Source: Arcobacter sp. (lineage in GTDB: Bacteria; Campylobacterota; Campylobacteria; Campylobacterales; Arcobacteraceae). From it: a DNA stretch of 29,452 bases. The notes under the pieces are model-generated. The model had not been told where the DNA came from, searched no databases, and saw only the letters and a program-made list of their open reading frames with translations. How positions within the stretch are numbered: position 1 is the stretch's first letter; every line of letters begins with the position of its first letter. Shown here in pieces: positions 9,004 to 18,844 of this stretch. The DNA lies in NCBI GenBank assembly GCA_965662175.1, contig CBFIGT010000015.1:1-29452 (forward strand), given 5' to 3'. The position numbers and the translations under genes were made by a program.

Positions 9004-11963
9004 TGATAAACGCTGAGGTAAATGAGCTTTTACAAGAGAAAAAAGAGTTACTTACTATAACATATTTTAGACTTCAAAAAATATTTGAAAAAAAGTATGG
9101 TGCAAATACAGTTGTACTTATGGAGATAGGTACTTTTTTTGAAGTTTATGAGGTTAATAATGAAATTGAGCAAATAGGTAAGGCAAAAGAGATTGCTGAA
9201 CTTTTAAATATTCAATTAACTAGAAAAAATAAAACAATACTTGAAAACTCAAAAGAGAATCCAATAATGGCAGGAGTTCCAGCCATTTCACTTGAAAAGC
9301 ATTTAGCAAGAATAATTGGCGAGCAAAAATATACAGTTGTAATAATAAGACAAAAAGGTGTTCCGCCAAAAGTTACACGTTATCTTGATACTGTTGTAAG
9401 TCCTGGGACTAACTTTGATTTTGTAATTGACCAAGATGAAAACAATATAACCTCTCTTACAATTGATTGTAATAAAGGGATTTATTCAGTTGGTTATAGT
9501 GCAATTGATGTAACAACTGGTAAGTGCTATTATAATGAAGTTCATGGAACAAGTGAAGATAAAAACTTTGCTCTTGATGAGTGTTTTAATTATATGAATA
9601 TGCATAGAACAAATGAAGTTGTAATCTCTTTTTGTGATAAAAATATAAATCAAAAAGAGATTTGTGAGTATTTAGAACTTTCACACAAAACTTTCCATAT
9701 AAGCTCTTTTAGACCAAAAATTATATATCAAAATGAGCTATTTAAAAATGTATTTAATATAGAATCACTTTTGACATCAATAGAACATCTTGATATGGAA
9801 AGAGTTCCCCTTGCAACAGAGTCTTTGGCTGTTCTTATTGATTTTGTTATAGGCCATGATGCAAAAATTATTCAAAAGTTATCACTTCCACAAAAACTTG
9901 ATATTAGCAGATATATCTATTTGGGAAATAATGCATTAGAGCAGTTAAATATAATAGAAACAACCCACAATCCAAGTTTGATAAAACTTATGAATAATAC
10001 ATCAACAGCAATGGGGAAAAGACTTTTAAAAGAGAGACTTACCCATCCTGTAAAAGATGAAAAAGAGTTATTAAGACGATATGCTTTATCAAAAGAGTTA
10101 TATGATTATCACGCTCCTATTGAGGGAGAGTTAGCAAATATATATGATATAGAAAGATTAACACGAAGAATAAAGCTCTCAAGACTTCACCCTTTTGAAT
10201 TAAACTATTTATATGATTCTCTTCTTAGTATCAAAGAGGTTGTTGCTTTTATGGAAAACTATAAGTTTTTTACACCTCCTTGTAGTTCAAGTGAACTTCA
10301 AATGTTTATAAACTCTATTGATTCAACATTTGATTTAAGTATAAGTGGAAAATATATGCTTAAAGATGTTGAGACAAATATGATTTGTGAGGGAATTAAT
10401 GCAAAAATTGACCATCTAACAGATGAAAATAGAGCTTTAAAAGATAAATTAAATATCTTAAAAATGCATATTTTGGGCTTTTTGAAAACTAGTGATGAAA
10501 ACTTTGTAACTATTCAAAGACTTGATAAAGAGGGTTTTTATATAGGCCTTACGAAAAGTAGATATAACCTTATAAAAGAGGAACTTTTGAACTCTCATTT
10601 AGTAATTGATGATGAGTTGTTATTATTTAAAGATTTTAAAATTAAAGTGCAAACTACATCAGTGAAAATTACTTGTAAATTAACTGAAGATATATCAGAT
10701 AAATATGTACATAATTTACGAAAAATAATTGAGTTAAATAAACTTGTATTTAAAGAAAAACTTGTTGAATTTGAAAAAAAGTTTGCAATTTTACTTGAAG
10801 AATTAGTTCAGTTTATCGCTGAAATTGATTTAACAGTTTCAAATATAAAAACAGCAAAAAAGAATAATTATACTCCACCAAAAATAGTAAAAACAAAAGA
10901 TGATGAAAGCTTTTTAGAGCTAATTGAGTTAAGACATCCAATAATTGAACATGGAGAAGAGCAGGGAATTTATGTACCAAATGATGTGATTTTGGGTGAA
11001 TTATCACTTGCTTCAAAAGAGTACAAAAACAATGTAATAATAAAAAACTCAAACCCTATAAATATGTTTGATAATAAAATGCATGGGGTTTTACTTTATG
11101 GTATAAACTCAAGTGGAAAATCTTCACTTATGAAGTCAATAGGAATTGCAGTTATTTTAGCTCAAGCTGGATTTTATGTACCTTGTCGTTCTATGAGATT
11201 CTCTATTTTTGATGCTGTATTTACAAGAATTTCAGGGGCTGATAATATTGCAAAAGGTTTATCATCATTTGCAGTTGAGATGTTGGAGCTTAAAAATATA
11301 TTTAATAGAGCTACAAAAAATTCACTAGTACTTGGTGATGAGATAAGTCATAGTACAGAAACTATGAGCGGGGTTAGTATTGTTGCAAGTGCCATATTAA
11401 AGTTAGCAAAACTAGAATCAATATTTATGTTTGCAACCCATTTACATCAACTTCCAGAACTCCCTGAAATTCAAAAACTAAAAAATATAATATGTCTACA
11501 TCTATCTGTTATGTATGAAGATGAAGAGGATAAACTTATATTTAATAGAAAACTTCAATATGGAAGTGGATCTAGTATGTATGGACTTGAGTATGCAAAA
11601 TCGCTTCATATGGATAAAGAGTTCTTAAAAGTAGCAAATGATATAAGAAAAAGAATAACAGATGATTATGCTCCAATAGAGAGATTAACACAGCAAAAAG
11701 GCACAAAATATAATAAAAATATGATTGTCTCTACTTGTGTAATATGTGGAAGAAATGTTGATGATGTACACCATATAAAAGAACAAGCAAGAGCAAATAA
11801 AGATGGCTTTATAGGTCATGTAAATGCAAATCATAAATACAATCTAATACCACTTTGTAAAGAACATCATAAAATGGTACATGATGGAAAAATAAATGTA
11901 AATGGTTTTATAGCAACTTCAAAAGGCTTGGAGTTACATTATACTATGGTGAATGAAGAGTAA
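9003..11963 (+). CDS. mutS: MutS-family mismatch-recognition ATPase with C-terminal HNH endonuclease (MutS7-type)
   Basis: GTFFEVY mismatch-recognition motif, TAMGKRLL, Walker A GINSSGKS, SSFAVEM, LGDE, FATHLH; C-terminal CVICG...HHI...NLIPLCKEHHKMVH HNH; GTG start overlaps the upstream stop. Confidence 0.92.
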   Translation: MINAEVNELLQEKKELLTITYFRLQKIFEKKYGANTVVLMEIGTFFEVYEVNNEIEQIGKAKEIAELLNIQLTRKNKTILENSKENPIMAGVPAISLEKHLARIIGEQKYTVVIIRQKGVPPKVTRYLDTVVSPGTNFDFVIDQDENNITSLTIDCNKGIYSVGYSAIDVTTGKCYYNEVHGTSEDKNFALDECFNYMNMHRTNEVVISFCDKNINQKEICEYLELSHKTFHISSFRPKIIYQNELFKNVFNIESLLTSIEHLDMERVPLATESLAVLIDFVIGHDAKIIQKLSLPQKLDISRYIYLGNNALEQLNIIETTHNPSLIKLMNNTSTAMGKRLLKERLTHPVKDEKELLRRYALSKELYDYHAPIEGELANIYDIERLTRRIKLSRLHPFELNYLYDSLLSIKEVVAFMENYKFFTPPCSSSELQMFINSIDSTFDLSISGKYMLKDVETNMICEGINAKIDHLTDENRALKDKLNILKMHILGFLKTSDENFVTIQRLDKEGFYIGLTKSRYNLIKEELLNSHLVIDDELLLFKDFKIKVQTTSVKITCKLTEDISDKYVHNLRKIIELNKLVFKEKLVEFEKKFAILLEELVQFIAEIDLTVSNIKTAKKNNYTPPKIVKTKDDESFLELIELRHPIIEHGEEQGIYVPNDVILGELSLASKEYKNNVIIKNSNPINMFDNKMHGVLLYGINSSGKSSLMKSIGIAVILAQAGFYVPCRSMRFSIFDAVFTRISGADNIAKGLSSFAVEMLELKNIFNRATKNSLVLGDEISHSTETMSGVSIVASAILKLAKLESIFMFATHLHQLPELPEIQKLKNIICLHLSVMYEDEEDKLIFNRKLQYGSGSSMYGLEYAKSLHMDKEFLKVANDIRKRITDDYAPIERLTQQKGTKYNKNMIVSTCVICGRNVDDVHHIKEQARANKDGFIGHVNANHKYNLIPLCKEHHKMVHDGKINVNGFIATSKGLELHYTMVNEE

Positions 11964-11979
11964 AACTCTTTATTCACCA
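11947..11979. terminator. 15-bp hairpin at the convergent mutS/permease junction
   Basis: tggtgaatgaagagt-aaa-actctttattcacca with one G-U pair; spans both stop codons; no canonical U-tract. Confidence 0.55.
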
Positions 11980-14474
11980 AAAAGAATATTCTCTTTTTGT
12001 TTGATTATTTTTGATGTAAATAGACTCACAACTGTAATAGTTAAAAGAGGAATTAATAAAAAGTAAAGTATTAAAACATCAGCTCTGAAGTCCCAATATG
12101 ATTGAAAAAGTAAATCACTTATTATATATGAAGCAATAGTTCCTAAAATAATTCCCAATGAACTAGCACTAAATGAAATTAGTCCAAACTCGATTAAAAA
12201 TGAGTTTTTAATAGTTTTGTTTTTTACCCCAATCATCTTAAGTCTTAAAATATTGTTTTTTTGTAAATTCATTTGATATTGAATGATGATAAAACTCATT
12301 AGAAGACCTATTATAATTGAGTAGTAACTCATATTATCGGTGATTTTAGTAACATTTTTTACTAAATCAGCAAAGGTTTGAAATAGGTTTTTTACATCAA
12401 TAACTGTCAAAGATGGAAAAAGTTCAGTAAGTTTTATCAACATTAAAGAAGCATCATAATCACCCATAGAAATTGTGGCTAAAATAGTTTTTGGAGCATC
12501 ATTTATAGCACCATCTTGCATAATAAAAAAGAAGTTTGGAGTAAACTCTGTCCAGTTAACTGTTCTAATATTTACAACAACTGTATTGATTTCTAAACCT
12601 AAAACATCAAAAGTTATTTTATCATTAAGTTTGATTCCTACTCTTTTTGCATATCTATTTTCAACACTTAACTCAATTGGTTTCGAGAAATCATTTGAGT
12701 TATAAACTCCACTAAAAGTATCTCCTTCAACTATTGTTTCACTTTTTTTAAGATTTGTTCTATATGAAAGATTAACAGCTCTATTTTTAACTCCATTTTG
12801 CTCATTTTTTATATCACTATTTTTCTCTTTTTGGGCAAATTTTGTAAAATCTGTATCATTTATTTTTATAATTCGTGCTCTAATCATAGGTGAAATATTT
12901 TCTAGTTTTGCACCCATACTATTTACTTGATTTTCTATATCTTTTATTTGCTCTTCTTTTGCATCTATTACAAAAAATCTAGGTCTTTCCTCTGCACTTT
13001 GTATTAAGGCACTTGATAGGGAGGAACCAACTTGTGGTATTAAACTAAAAAATGTTGTACAAAGTAGTATTGCTGTAAATAGTGTCAATGAGGTTTTATT
13101 TTGTCTAGTTATATTTTTAATAGCTAAAGATAGTGATAGGTTTTCAAAGTGTCCTGAAAAATCAGATTTTTTTAAAATAAATGAAGCTATTAGGAAAATT
13201 AGAAAAATCAACACTAAAACAGCAATAGCAAAAAATAGTCCTATATTTTTATTAGGAGTTACAAAATGTGATAAAAGTAATAAAAATAGAATAAAAGGAG
13301 AAAAGAGTAAAATTGTTTTTAAAAATTTAACTTTTTTTCTTTGTAAAAGTGGCTGAATCAAAGGAATACCAACACTTAAACTAATTAGTAATAAAGCAAA
13401 TGCTGATTTTAAAAAGAAAGACCAATCAAAAGCAAACTCAAAATCAAAGCCAATAATCTTTTGAATTAAAGGAGCTAAAAAAGTAGCTGATATTAAAACT
13501 AAAGAAAAAACAATAATAGTTGAGATTAAAATCAAAACAAATAGATGACTAAGGTAAGTGAGTGAAATAACTCTTTTACTTACTCCTAAGTCACCTAAAA
13601 CCCTTATATCATTTTGATGTTTTCTCAAAAAGCCTGAGTATAAATATATAAGTCCAACTAAACCTAAAAAGAGTGAAACTAATGATACAAGTGATAAAAA
13701 ATTTGTAACAAAGTTTAAAACACGCAATAACCTATCTCTACCATCATTTGGAGAGAGAGCTTTTAAGTTTTGATCAATATTTTTTTCTAAAGAGTTCTCT
13801 ATCTCTTCTAACTTATCATTTGATAGATTTTCTTTAAATTGATAGTTTAATTTATATCTAACGGTTGAGCCAAACTGCAATAATCCAGTAGTTTTTAAAG
13901 CCTCTTCACTTATGTAAATTTTAGGCATAAATCCACTAAAACTGACAGTTTTTAGTGAATCCTCCACAATAACTTTTTTTATAATAAAGTTCTCTTTTCC
14001 TATTTTTAGAGTTTCTCCTTGTTTTACATCAAGTAGTTCTAAAACCTCTTTGTAAGCCCAAACCTCATTTATTTTAGGTTTTTCTTCACTATTTGGATAA
14101 AAAGATTTATCTTTAAACTCAATTCCCCCATAATATGGAAAACCTTCATTTAATTGTACAAGCTCCATAAGTCTAGCTCTTTTATTAGTTGTTACCATAC
14201 TTACAGTTGAAACAGCTTGATTAAAATTTTTTATTTCAGGAAGTTTATTTTTTATATCTTCAATTTGCTCATTTGTTATAGGAAATCTAGAATCAATAAC
14301 TAAATCAGCTCCCAAAAGAGTTTTTGCTTTTACATCTAAGGAGTAATCAATACTTGCTTTAAAAAATTGTAAATATGATAATGAAGCAATAGCCAAACAA
14401 AAATTTAGTATAAAAATTAGTGAAAAAGATTTTGAGCGAGATAGTGCTTTTGAGACAAGTTCTAATATTAACAT
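11970..14474 (-). CDS. ABC transporter permease, FtsX/MacB-type (YbbP-like)
   Basis: 834 aa, two repeats of TM plus periplasmic domain, LLGADL, GFPYYG, VNWTEFTPNFF motifs; next to ATPase and esterase. Confidence 0.88.
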   Translation of the reverse strand: MLILELVSKALSRSKSFSLIFILNFCLAIASLSYLQFFKASIDYSLDVKAKTLLGADLVIDSRFPITNEQIEDIKNKLPEIKNFNQAVSTVSMVTTNKRARLMELVQLNEGFPYYGGIEFKDKSFYPNSEEKPKINEVWAYKEVLELLDVKQGETLKIGKENFIIKKVIVEDSLKTVSFSGFMPKIYISEEALKTTGLLQFGSTVRYKLNYQFKENLSNDKLEEIENSLEKNIDQNLKALSPNDGRDRLLRVLNFVTNFLSLVSLVSLFLGLVGLIYLYSGFLRKHQNDIRVLGDLGVSKRVISLTYLSHLFVLILISTIIVFSLVLISATFLAPLIQKIIGFDFEFAFDWSFFLKSAFALLLISLSVGIPLIQPLLQRKKVKFLKTILLFSPFILFLLLLSHFVTPNKNIGLFFAIAVLVLIFLIFLIASFILKKSDFSGHFENLSLSLAIKNITRQNKTSLTLFTAILLCTTFFSLIPQVGSSLSSALIQSAEERPRFFVIDAKEEQIKDIENQVNSMGAKLENISPMIRARIIKINDTDFTKFAQKEKNSDIKNEQNGVKNRAVNLSYRTNLKKSETIVEGDTFSGVYNSNDFSKPIELSVENRYAKRVGIKLNDKITFDVLGLEINTVVVNIRTVNWTEFTPNFFFIMQDGAINDAPKTILATISMGDYDASLMLIKLTELFPSLTVIDVKNLFQTFADLVKNVTKITDNMSYYSIIIGLLMSFIIIQYQMNLQKNNILRLKMIGVKNKTIKNSFLIEFGLISFSASSLGIILGTIASYIISDLLFQSYWDFRADVLILYFLLIPLLTITVVSLFTSKIIKQKENILFGE

Positions 14475-15130
14475 CAGACTAAATTTCCTGAAATCAATTC
14501 ATAGGTTTTTTCACAACGCTTAGCAACTTCTTTAGAGTGTGTTACTAATATCAAGGTGGTATTATTCTTTTTTATTAGTTCAAAAAGTTTATCCATAACT
14601 GCATTTCCAGTCTCTTCATCCAAGTTACCACTTGGCTCATCTGCAAGTATTATTTTTGGATTGTGAATTAATGCTCTAGCTATTGCGACACGCTGTTTTT
14701 CCCCGCCACTTAGTTGTGAGGGTAGGTGGTTTAATCTATGGGATAAACCTACACTTTTTAGAAGCTCAATTGCTTTCTCTTTTGGTTTTTCTATTCCACA
14801 AACTTTTGCGGGAAGCATTACATTCTCACAAGCATTTAAGTATGAAACCAAATGAAAATTTTGAAAAATAAATCCAATATTTGAAGCTCTAAAGTCGTTT
14901 AATTCACTCTCATCTAAATCATCATAAGAGCTTGAATTTAAAATAATAGTTCCACTATCAGCTTTTATAATTCCAGAAACAAGTGATAAAAATGTTGATT
15001 TTCCACTTCCTGATTTTCCCATAATAGCTACTTGTTTTCCCTCATCTAAACTAAAATTTAAATCATCAAATATGACGATTTTTTCATCCCCTTGAAGATA
15101 AGATTTTTTTAGTGATTTTATTTGTAACAT
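14474..15130 (-). CDS. ABC transporter ATP-binding protein (YbbA/LolD-like)
   Basis: GKSGSGKS, LSGGEKQR, ILADEPSGNLD, VTH. Confidence 0.95.
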   Translation of the reverse strand: MLQIKSLKKSYLQGDEKIVIFDDLNFSLDEGKQVAIMGKSGSGKSTFLSLVSGIIKADSGTIILNSSSYDDLDESELNDFRASNIGFIFQNFHLVSYLNACENVMLPAKVCGIEKPKEKAIELLKSVGLSHRLNHLPSQLSGGEKQRVAIARALIHNPKIILADEPSGNLDEETGNAVMDKLFELIKKNNTTLILVTHSKEVAKRCEKTYELISGNLV

Positions 15131-15744
15131 TACAGCTCCTCTTTTAGTGCATCTATTAAAAAGTCAAAAACATTTTGTGCAATGATTTTATGTCCCTCAA
15201 CATTTGGATGTATGCCATCACTTTGATTTAGATTTTTAACACCAGCAACATCTATAAGTAAAAATGGCATGGTTTTTATATTATATTTTTCTTTGATATT
15301 TTTAAAGATATTTTCAAAATCCAAAGAGTATTTTGGCCCATAATTTGGAGGTATTAACATCCCTGCTAATAAGGGTTTACTATTAGAGTTTTTAATAAAT
15401 TTGATAATCTCTTCAAGGTTTTTTTGAGTTTGATTTAAATCTAAACCTCTTAATCCATCATTTGCACCAAGTGCTACAAAAACAAAATCGGGTCTTTTTT
15501 TCATATACCATTTAAGTCTCTCCAATCCATCACTTGTGGTAGAACCACTAACTCCACCATTTATAATTTTGATATCTTTTTTAACTCTTTTTTGAAACAT
15601 CTCTTCAACTAAAGCAGGATATGCTTCTTGTTTATCAACTCCAAGTCCTTCAGTTAAAGAGTCACCTAAAAACAAAATTGTACTCTCTTTTGCATTTGAT
15701 ATGCAAAGTGTAAATATAAATATTAATAAGATAATTTTTTTCAT
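15130..15744 (-). CDS. Periplasmic arylesterase / acyl-CoA thioesterase I (SGNH/GDSL, TesA-like)
   Basis: Signal peptide, GDSL, GVSG, LGANDG, DGIHP blocks. Confidence 0.92.
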   Translation of the reverse strand: MKKIILLIFIFTLCISNAKESTILFLGDSLTEGLGVDKQEAYPALVEEMFQKRVKKDIKIINGGVSGSTTSDGLERLKWYMKKRPDFVFVALGANDGLRGLDLNQTQKNLEEIIKFIKNSNSKPLLAGMLIPPNYGPKYSLDFENIFKNIKEKYNIKTMPFLLIDVAGVKNLNQSDGIHPNVEGHKIIAQNVFDFLIDALKEEL

Positions 15745-15821
15745 ATTGTATTTTATCTCAAAAAAGAATAATTATTATTAAACTATGGTTTTAAGTAAAG
15801 AGTTAACGGTTTTTTAAGATT

Positions 15822-15847
15822 TAGAAGAGAAAATTATTTCTCTTCTA
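15822..15847 (-). terminator. 11-bp hairpin at the end of the imelysin operon with the peroxidase stop codon in the loop
   Basis: tagaagagaaa-atta-tttctcttcta perfect inverted repeat; no U-tract. Confidence 0.5.
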
Positions 15848-16964
15848 TTAGATGTTCATATTTTTTATCCGTAAGTAGTTTCATAAAAGCAAGTAAAGCT
15901 TCAACTTTTCTATCACTTAGTTTTTTAGCTTTTAACTCCTCTTTTGAAATATTTTCATCTATTTCAGCCTCTTCCCAAGGCTTATTAGTTTCAGGATTTA
16001 TAACTCTTTCACTATTGTTAAATTTATCATAAAATAAAACTACAGTTTTTAAGTCTTTAAAAACTCCATTATGCATATAAGGAGCTGTAATAGCTACATT
16101 TCTTAAGGTTGGAACTTTAAACTTTCCTTTCTCTTTTTCATCTCTTACCTCAGGATTATTTAAAAGGCCATTATCAATATTTTTTGCCCCATTTATTGCT
16201 CTTAACTCTTTATTTTGTGGAACACCAATATTATGATACTCATAGTTTGTAAAAGTTTCACCCTCTTTATCTTCACCTTTTAATACATGGCATGAGGCGC
16301 ATGAGTTATTGTTATTTGAGAAAAATAGTGCTTTGCCTAAATCCTCTAATGGAGATAAATCATACTCATCTTTTAAGTATCTATCATATTTAGAATCAAA
16401 AGGTGAAAACTCATCACTTTTTTCAAAACTTGCTATTGCTTTGGAGAAAGCTTCATAAGCATTTTTATCCTCATTAAAAATATCATTTCCATAAATCTCT
16501 TTAAAACTATTTATATAATAAGAGTTTTCTTTTACTCTTTCAACAAAAGTTTTTATATTTGGTATTCCCATTTCATCAGGATTTAAAGGTGGACCTTGAG
16601 CTTGAAGTTCTAAACTTGAAGCTCTTCCATCCCAAAATTGACCACCTATATATTTTTTCTTTTTTTCATCATAATGAAAAGGGGGCGAAAATTTTGCATA
16701 TGAGGCAGTTGGAGCTATTCTATCTCCTAGAGATTTTAGATTATCACCCAATGAAGCCATACTTTTTACTCCATTGTCTCTATTATCAGTAAATCCAAAC
16801 TCAGGATTATGACAACTAGCACAGGCTTGAGTTCTATTTAATGATAAATTTTTATCAAAAAAAAGTGCTTTTCCTAACTCTTGCTCTAAACTCATCTCTT
16901 TAGCTTCTATATAAGTAAATATAGTGAAAAAGAGAAATAACATACATACTAACTTTTTAATCAT
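15834..16964 (-). CDS. Di-haem cytochrome c peroxidase family protein, MauG-like
   Basis: Signal peptide, LGKALFFD, two CASCH motifs, GGQFWDGRA, FKVPTLRNVAITAPYMHNG. Confidence 0.9.
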   Translation of the reverse strand: MIKKLVCMLFLFFTIFTYIEAKEMSLEQELGKALFFDKNLSLNRTQACASCHNPEFGFTDNRDNGVKSMASLGDNLKSLGDRIAPTASYAKFSPPFHYDEKKKKYIGGQFWDGRASSLELQAQGPPLNPDEMGIPNIKTFVERVKENSYYINSFKEIYGNDIFNEDKNAYEAFSKAIASFEKSDEFSPFDSKYDRYLKDEYDLSPLEDLGKALFFSNNNNSCASCHVLKGEDKEGETFTNYEYHNIGVPQNKELRAINGAKNIDNGLLNNPEVRDEKEKGKFKVPTLRNVAITAPYMHNGVFKDLKTVVLFYDKFNNSERVINPETNKPWEEAEIDENISKEELKAKKLSDRKVEALLAFMKLLTDKKYEHLIEEK

Positions 16965-16965
16965 T

Positions 16966-17862
16966 TTATCTCCTAATTAAATTTAAAAATGGATGAAAAA
17001 CTATTTTTATGATTGAATTATAGTTTTCCATTTGCTCTTTTTTTAGTCCAAACTTTAGTGTTTTGACATTTGCTGAGGTTAAAAGTGAGCCAAAAACTCT
17101 ATCCCAAACACTTAGATAACCTCCATAATTTTTATTAAAATATTTTCTACTATGGTGTATTTGATGCTGTTTTGGTGATATAAACCATTTTTCCAAAAAT
17201 TCAAAATATGATAATGGAATATGTGAATGCCTTAAATTAGAACCAAGTAATGAAAAAACAAAAACAAAAACATTTGCACCAATAATCTCATAAATAGATA
17301 TTTTTGCTCCAAAAAAGTATAAAAAAACACCCGTAACAAAACCAATAGATAAGGAGTATCTAAAACCAAATAAAATATTTTCAATTGGATGCACTCTATA
17401 AAATGTAAGTGGATTTAAAACTTTTGCACTATGATGAACCTTATGAAACTCCCACAAAAATGGAATAGTATGCATAAATCTATGAAGCCAATATCTTGTA
17501 AAATCACTCACAATAAATAGAGTTATTGTATAAAGAACTAAAATAGTTTCATAAGAGAGTGTTTCAATATAAATATATCCATAATTCAAATATAAATACT
17601 TTTTTATAAATAAAGCTACACTTTTTGCACTAATTACTATGGGAAATATCATAAATATCTTTATGAAATATGATATTAAAAAATAGTAATAATCAAGTTT
17701 TGCACTAGGATGTAACCAAAGTTTTTTACTAAAATTAACTTTGATTAGTTTTTTATTATAAGATAAATATATTATTGCAATAGCAAATGATGATATAAGA
17801 TAAATCCAAAATGTTCTTTTATCAGGATTTATCAAATACTCAAAAATATATAGATTATCCAA
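16966..17862 (-). CDS. Sterol desaturase / fatty-acid hydroxylase family membrane di-iron protein
   Basis: His boxes HRFMH, HKVHH, RHSH, HQIHH; NYGGYLSVWDRVFGS; multiple TM helices. Confidence 0.92.
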   Translation of the reverse strand: MDNLYIFEYLINPDKRTFWIYLISSFAIAIIYLSYNKKLIKVNFSKKLWLHPSAKLDYYYFLISYFIKIFMIFPIVISAKSVALFIKKYLYLNYGYIYIETLSYETILVLYTITLFIVSDFTRYWLHRFMHTIPFLWEFHKVHHSAKVLNPLTFYRVHPIENILFGFRYSLSIGFVTGVFLYFFGAKISIYEIIGANVFVFVFSLLGSNLRHSHIPLSYFEFLEKWFISPKQHQIHHSRKYFNKNYGGYLSVWDRVFGSLLTSANVKTLKFGLKKEQMENYNSIIKIVFHPFLNLIRR

Positions 17863-17864
17863 TA

Positions 17865-18842
17865 TTAATCTCCATCAGCATCTAAAATTTTTGCATTTAT
17901 TTGTAAATCTTCGATCATATCAACAAATAAAATTATATGAATATTGTTTGTTAAGTTATATAACTCTTTTTGATTTTCCAAATTATCATTTTTTATATTC
18001 TCTACTAATAAGATGGCTTTATTTAGACTCTCTCTTAACTCTTTTACTCTTTTCCCATCAGTTAGTTTTATTAAATAATCACCATAATCTTCAATTTCAG
18101 GATTATCCAAAACACTTTTATATGTATTTAATATGGCTTTTATAGCAACACTACTATTTTTGCTTAGGTAGTATTCAGACCTTCTATTATCAGCTTTATC
18201 ATATTTTTTTGTTATTCCTACAACATCAGCTATTCTCCACTCTTTAAGTTTATATGAGTTTTGGATTAGGCTATTTATGATAATTGAGTTAGATTTTTTA
18301 ATATTGTTTAAAAATGCTTCTTCATTATTTGTATATGCTTCATAAATATCTTCAAGATGAATTTTTACTCTATTTATTATTGTGTATAAAAATTTTTGTA
18401 CTTTTTCATCTTTTAAATCTTTTGTATAGATGATGTATTCTAGGGCATTTATAGATTTAAGTGAGTTTTTAAATAGTGCCACTTTTGCATCTTCACCACT
18501 TTTAAAAGCAAAATCAAGTTGTTTTTTAATATCTTCATTTCCATTATGAAAGATATCCATTAATCTTGGTGTATCAATAAAATCTTCATCTAAATCACCT
18601 AAAATATATAGTGCTTCAACACTCTTCCATGAAATAACTAATCTCTTAAATGACTCTTTTATCTCTTTTTCATCTTTTGTATTAACACTCTTTTCTAAGG
18701 TATTGATACTATTTAGAGCATTAGAAGACTCTTTTAATATAACATTCTCATAAATATTTTTCAATATTTTCACATCTAAGTCATTTGCACATGCAAAAAC
18801 TGAAAAAAACAAAACTAAAGTAATCCATCTTAATATTTTCAT
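17865..18842 (-). CDS. Imelysin-family protein (second, divergent copy)
   Basis: Signal peptide, all-helical, SINALEYIIY in place of GxHxxE, C-terminal DADGD typical of this subfamily. Confidence 0.75.
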   Translation of the reverse strand: MKILRWITLVLFFSVFACANDLDVKILKNIYENVILKESSNALNSINTLEKSVNTKDEKEIKESFKRLVISWKSVEALYILGDLDEDFIDTPRLMDIFHNGNEDIKKQLDFAFKSGEDAKVALFKNSLKSINALEYIIYTKDLKDEKVQKFLYTIINRVKIHLEDIYEAYTNNEEAFLNNIKKSNSIIINSLIQNSYKLKEWRIADVVGITKKYDKADNRRSEYYLSKNSSVAIKAILNTYKSVLDNPEIEDYGDYLIKLTDGKRVKELRESLNKAILLVENIKNDNLENQKELYNLTNNIHIILFVDMIEDLQINAKILDADGD

Positions 18843-18844
18843 TA

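Noticed and set aside
10813..11052. 79-aa minus-strand ORF inside mutS
   Set aside because: Antisense shadow with no recognisable features
11736..11885. HNH segment as a homing endonuclease or intein insertion
   Set aside because: It is C-terminal, in frame, lacks intein splice motifs and matches the known MutS7 architecture
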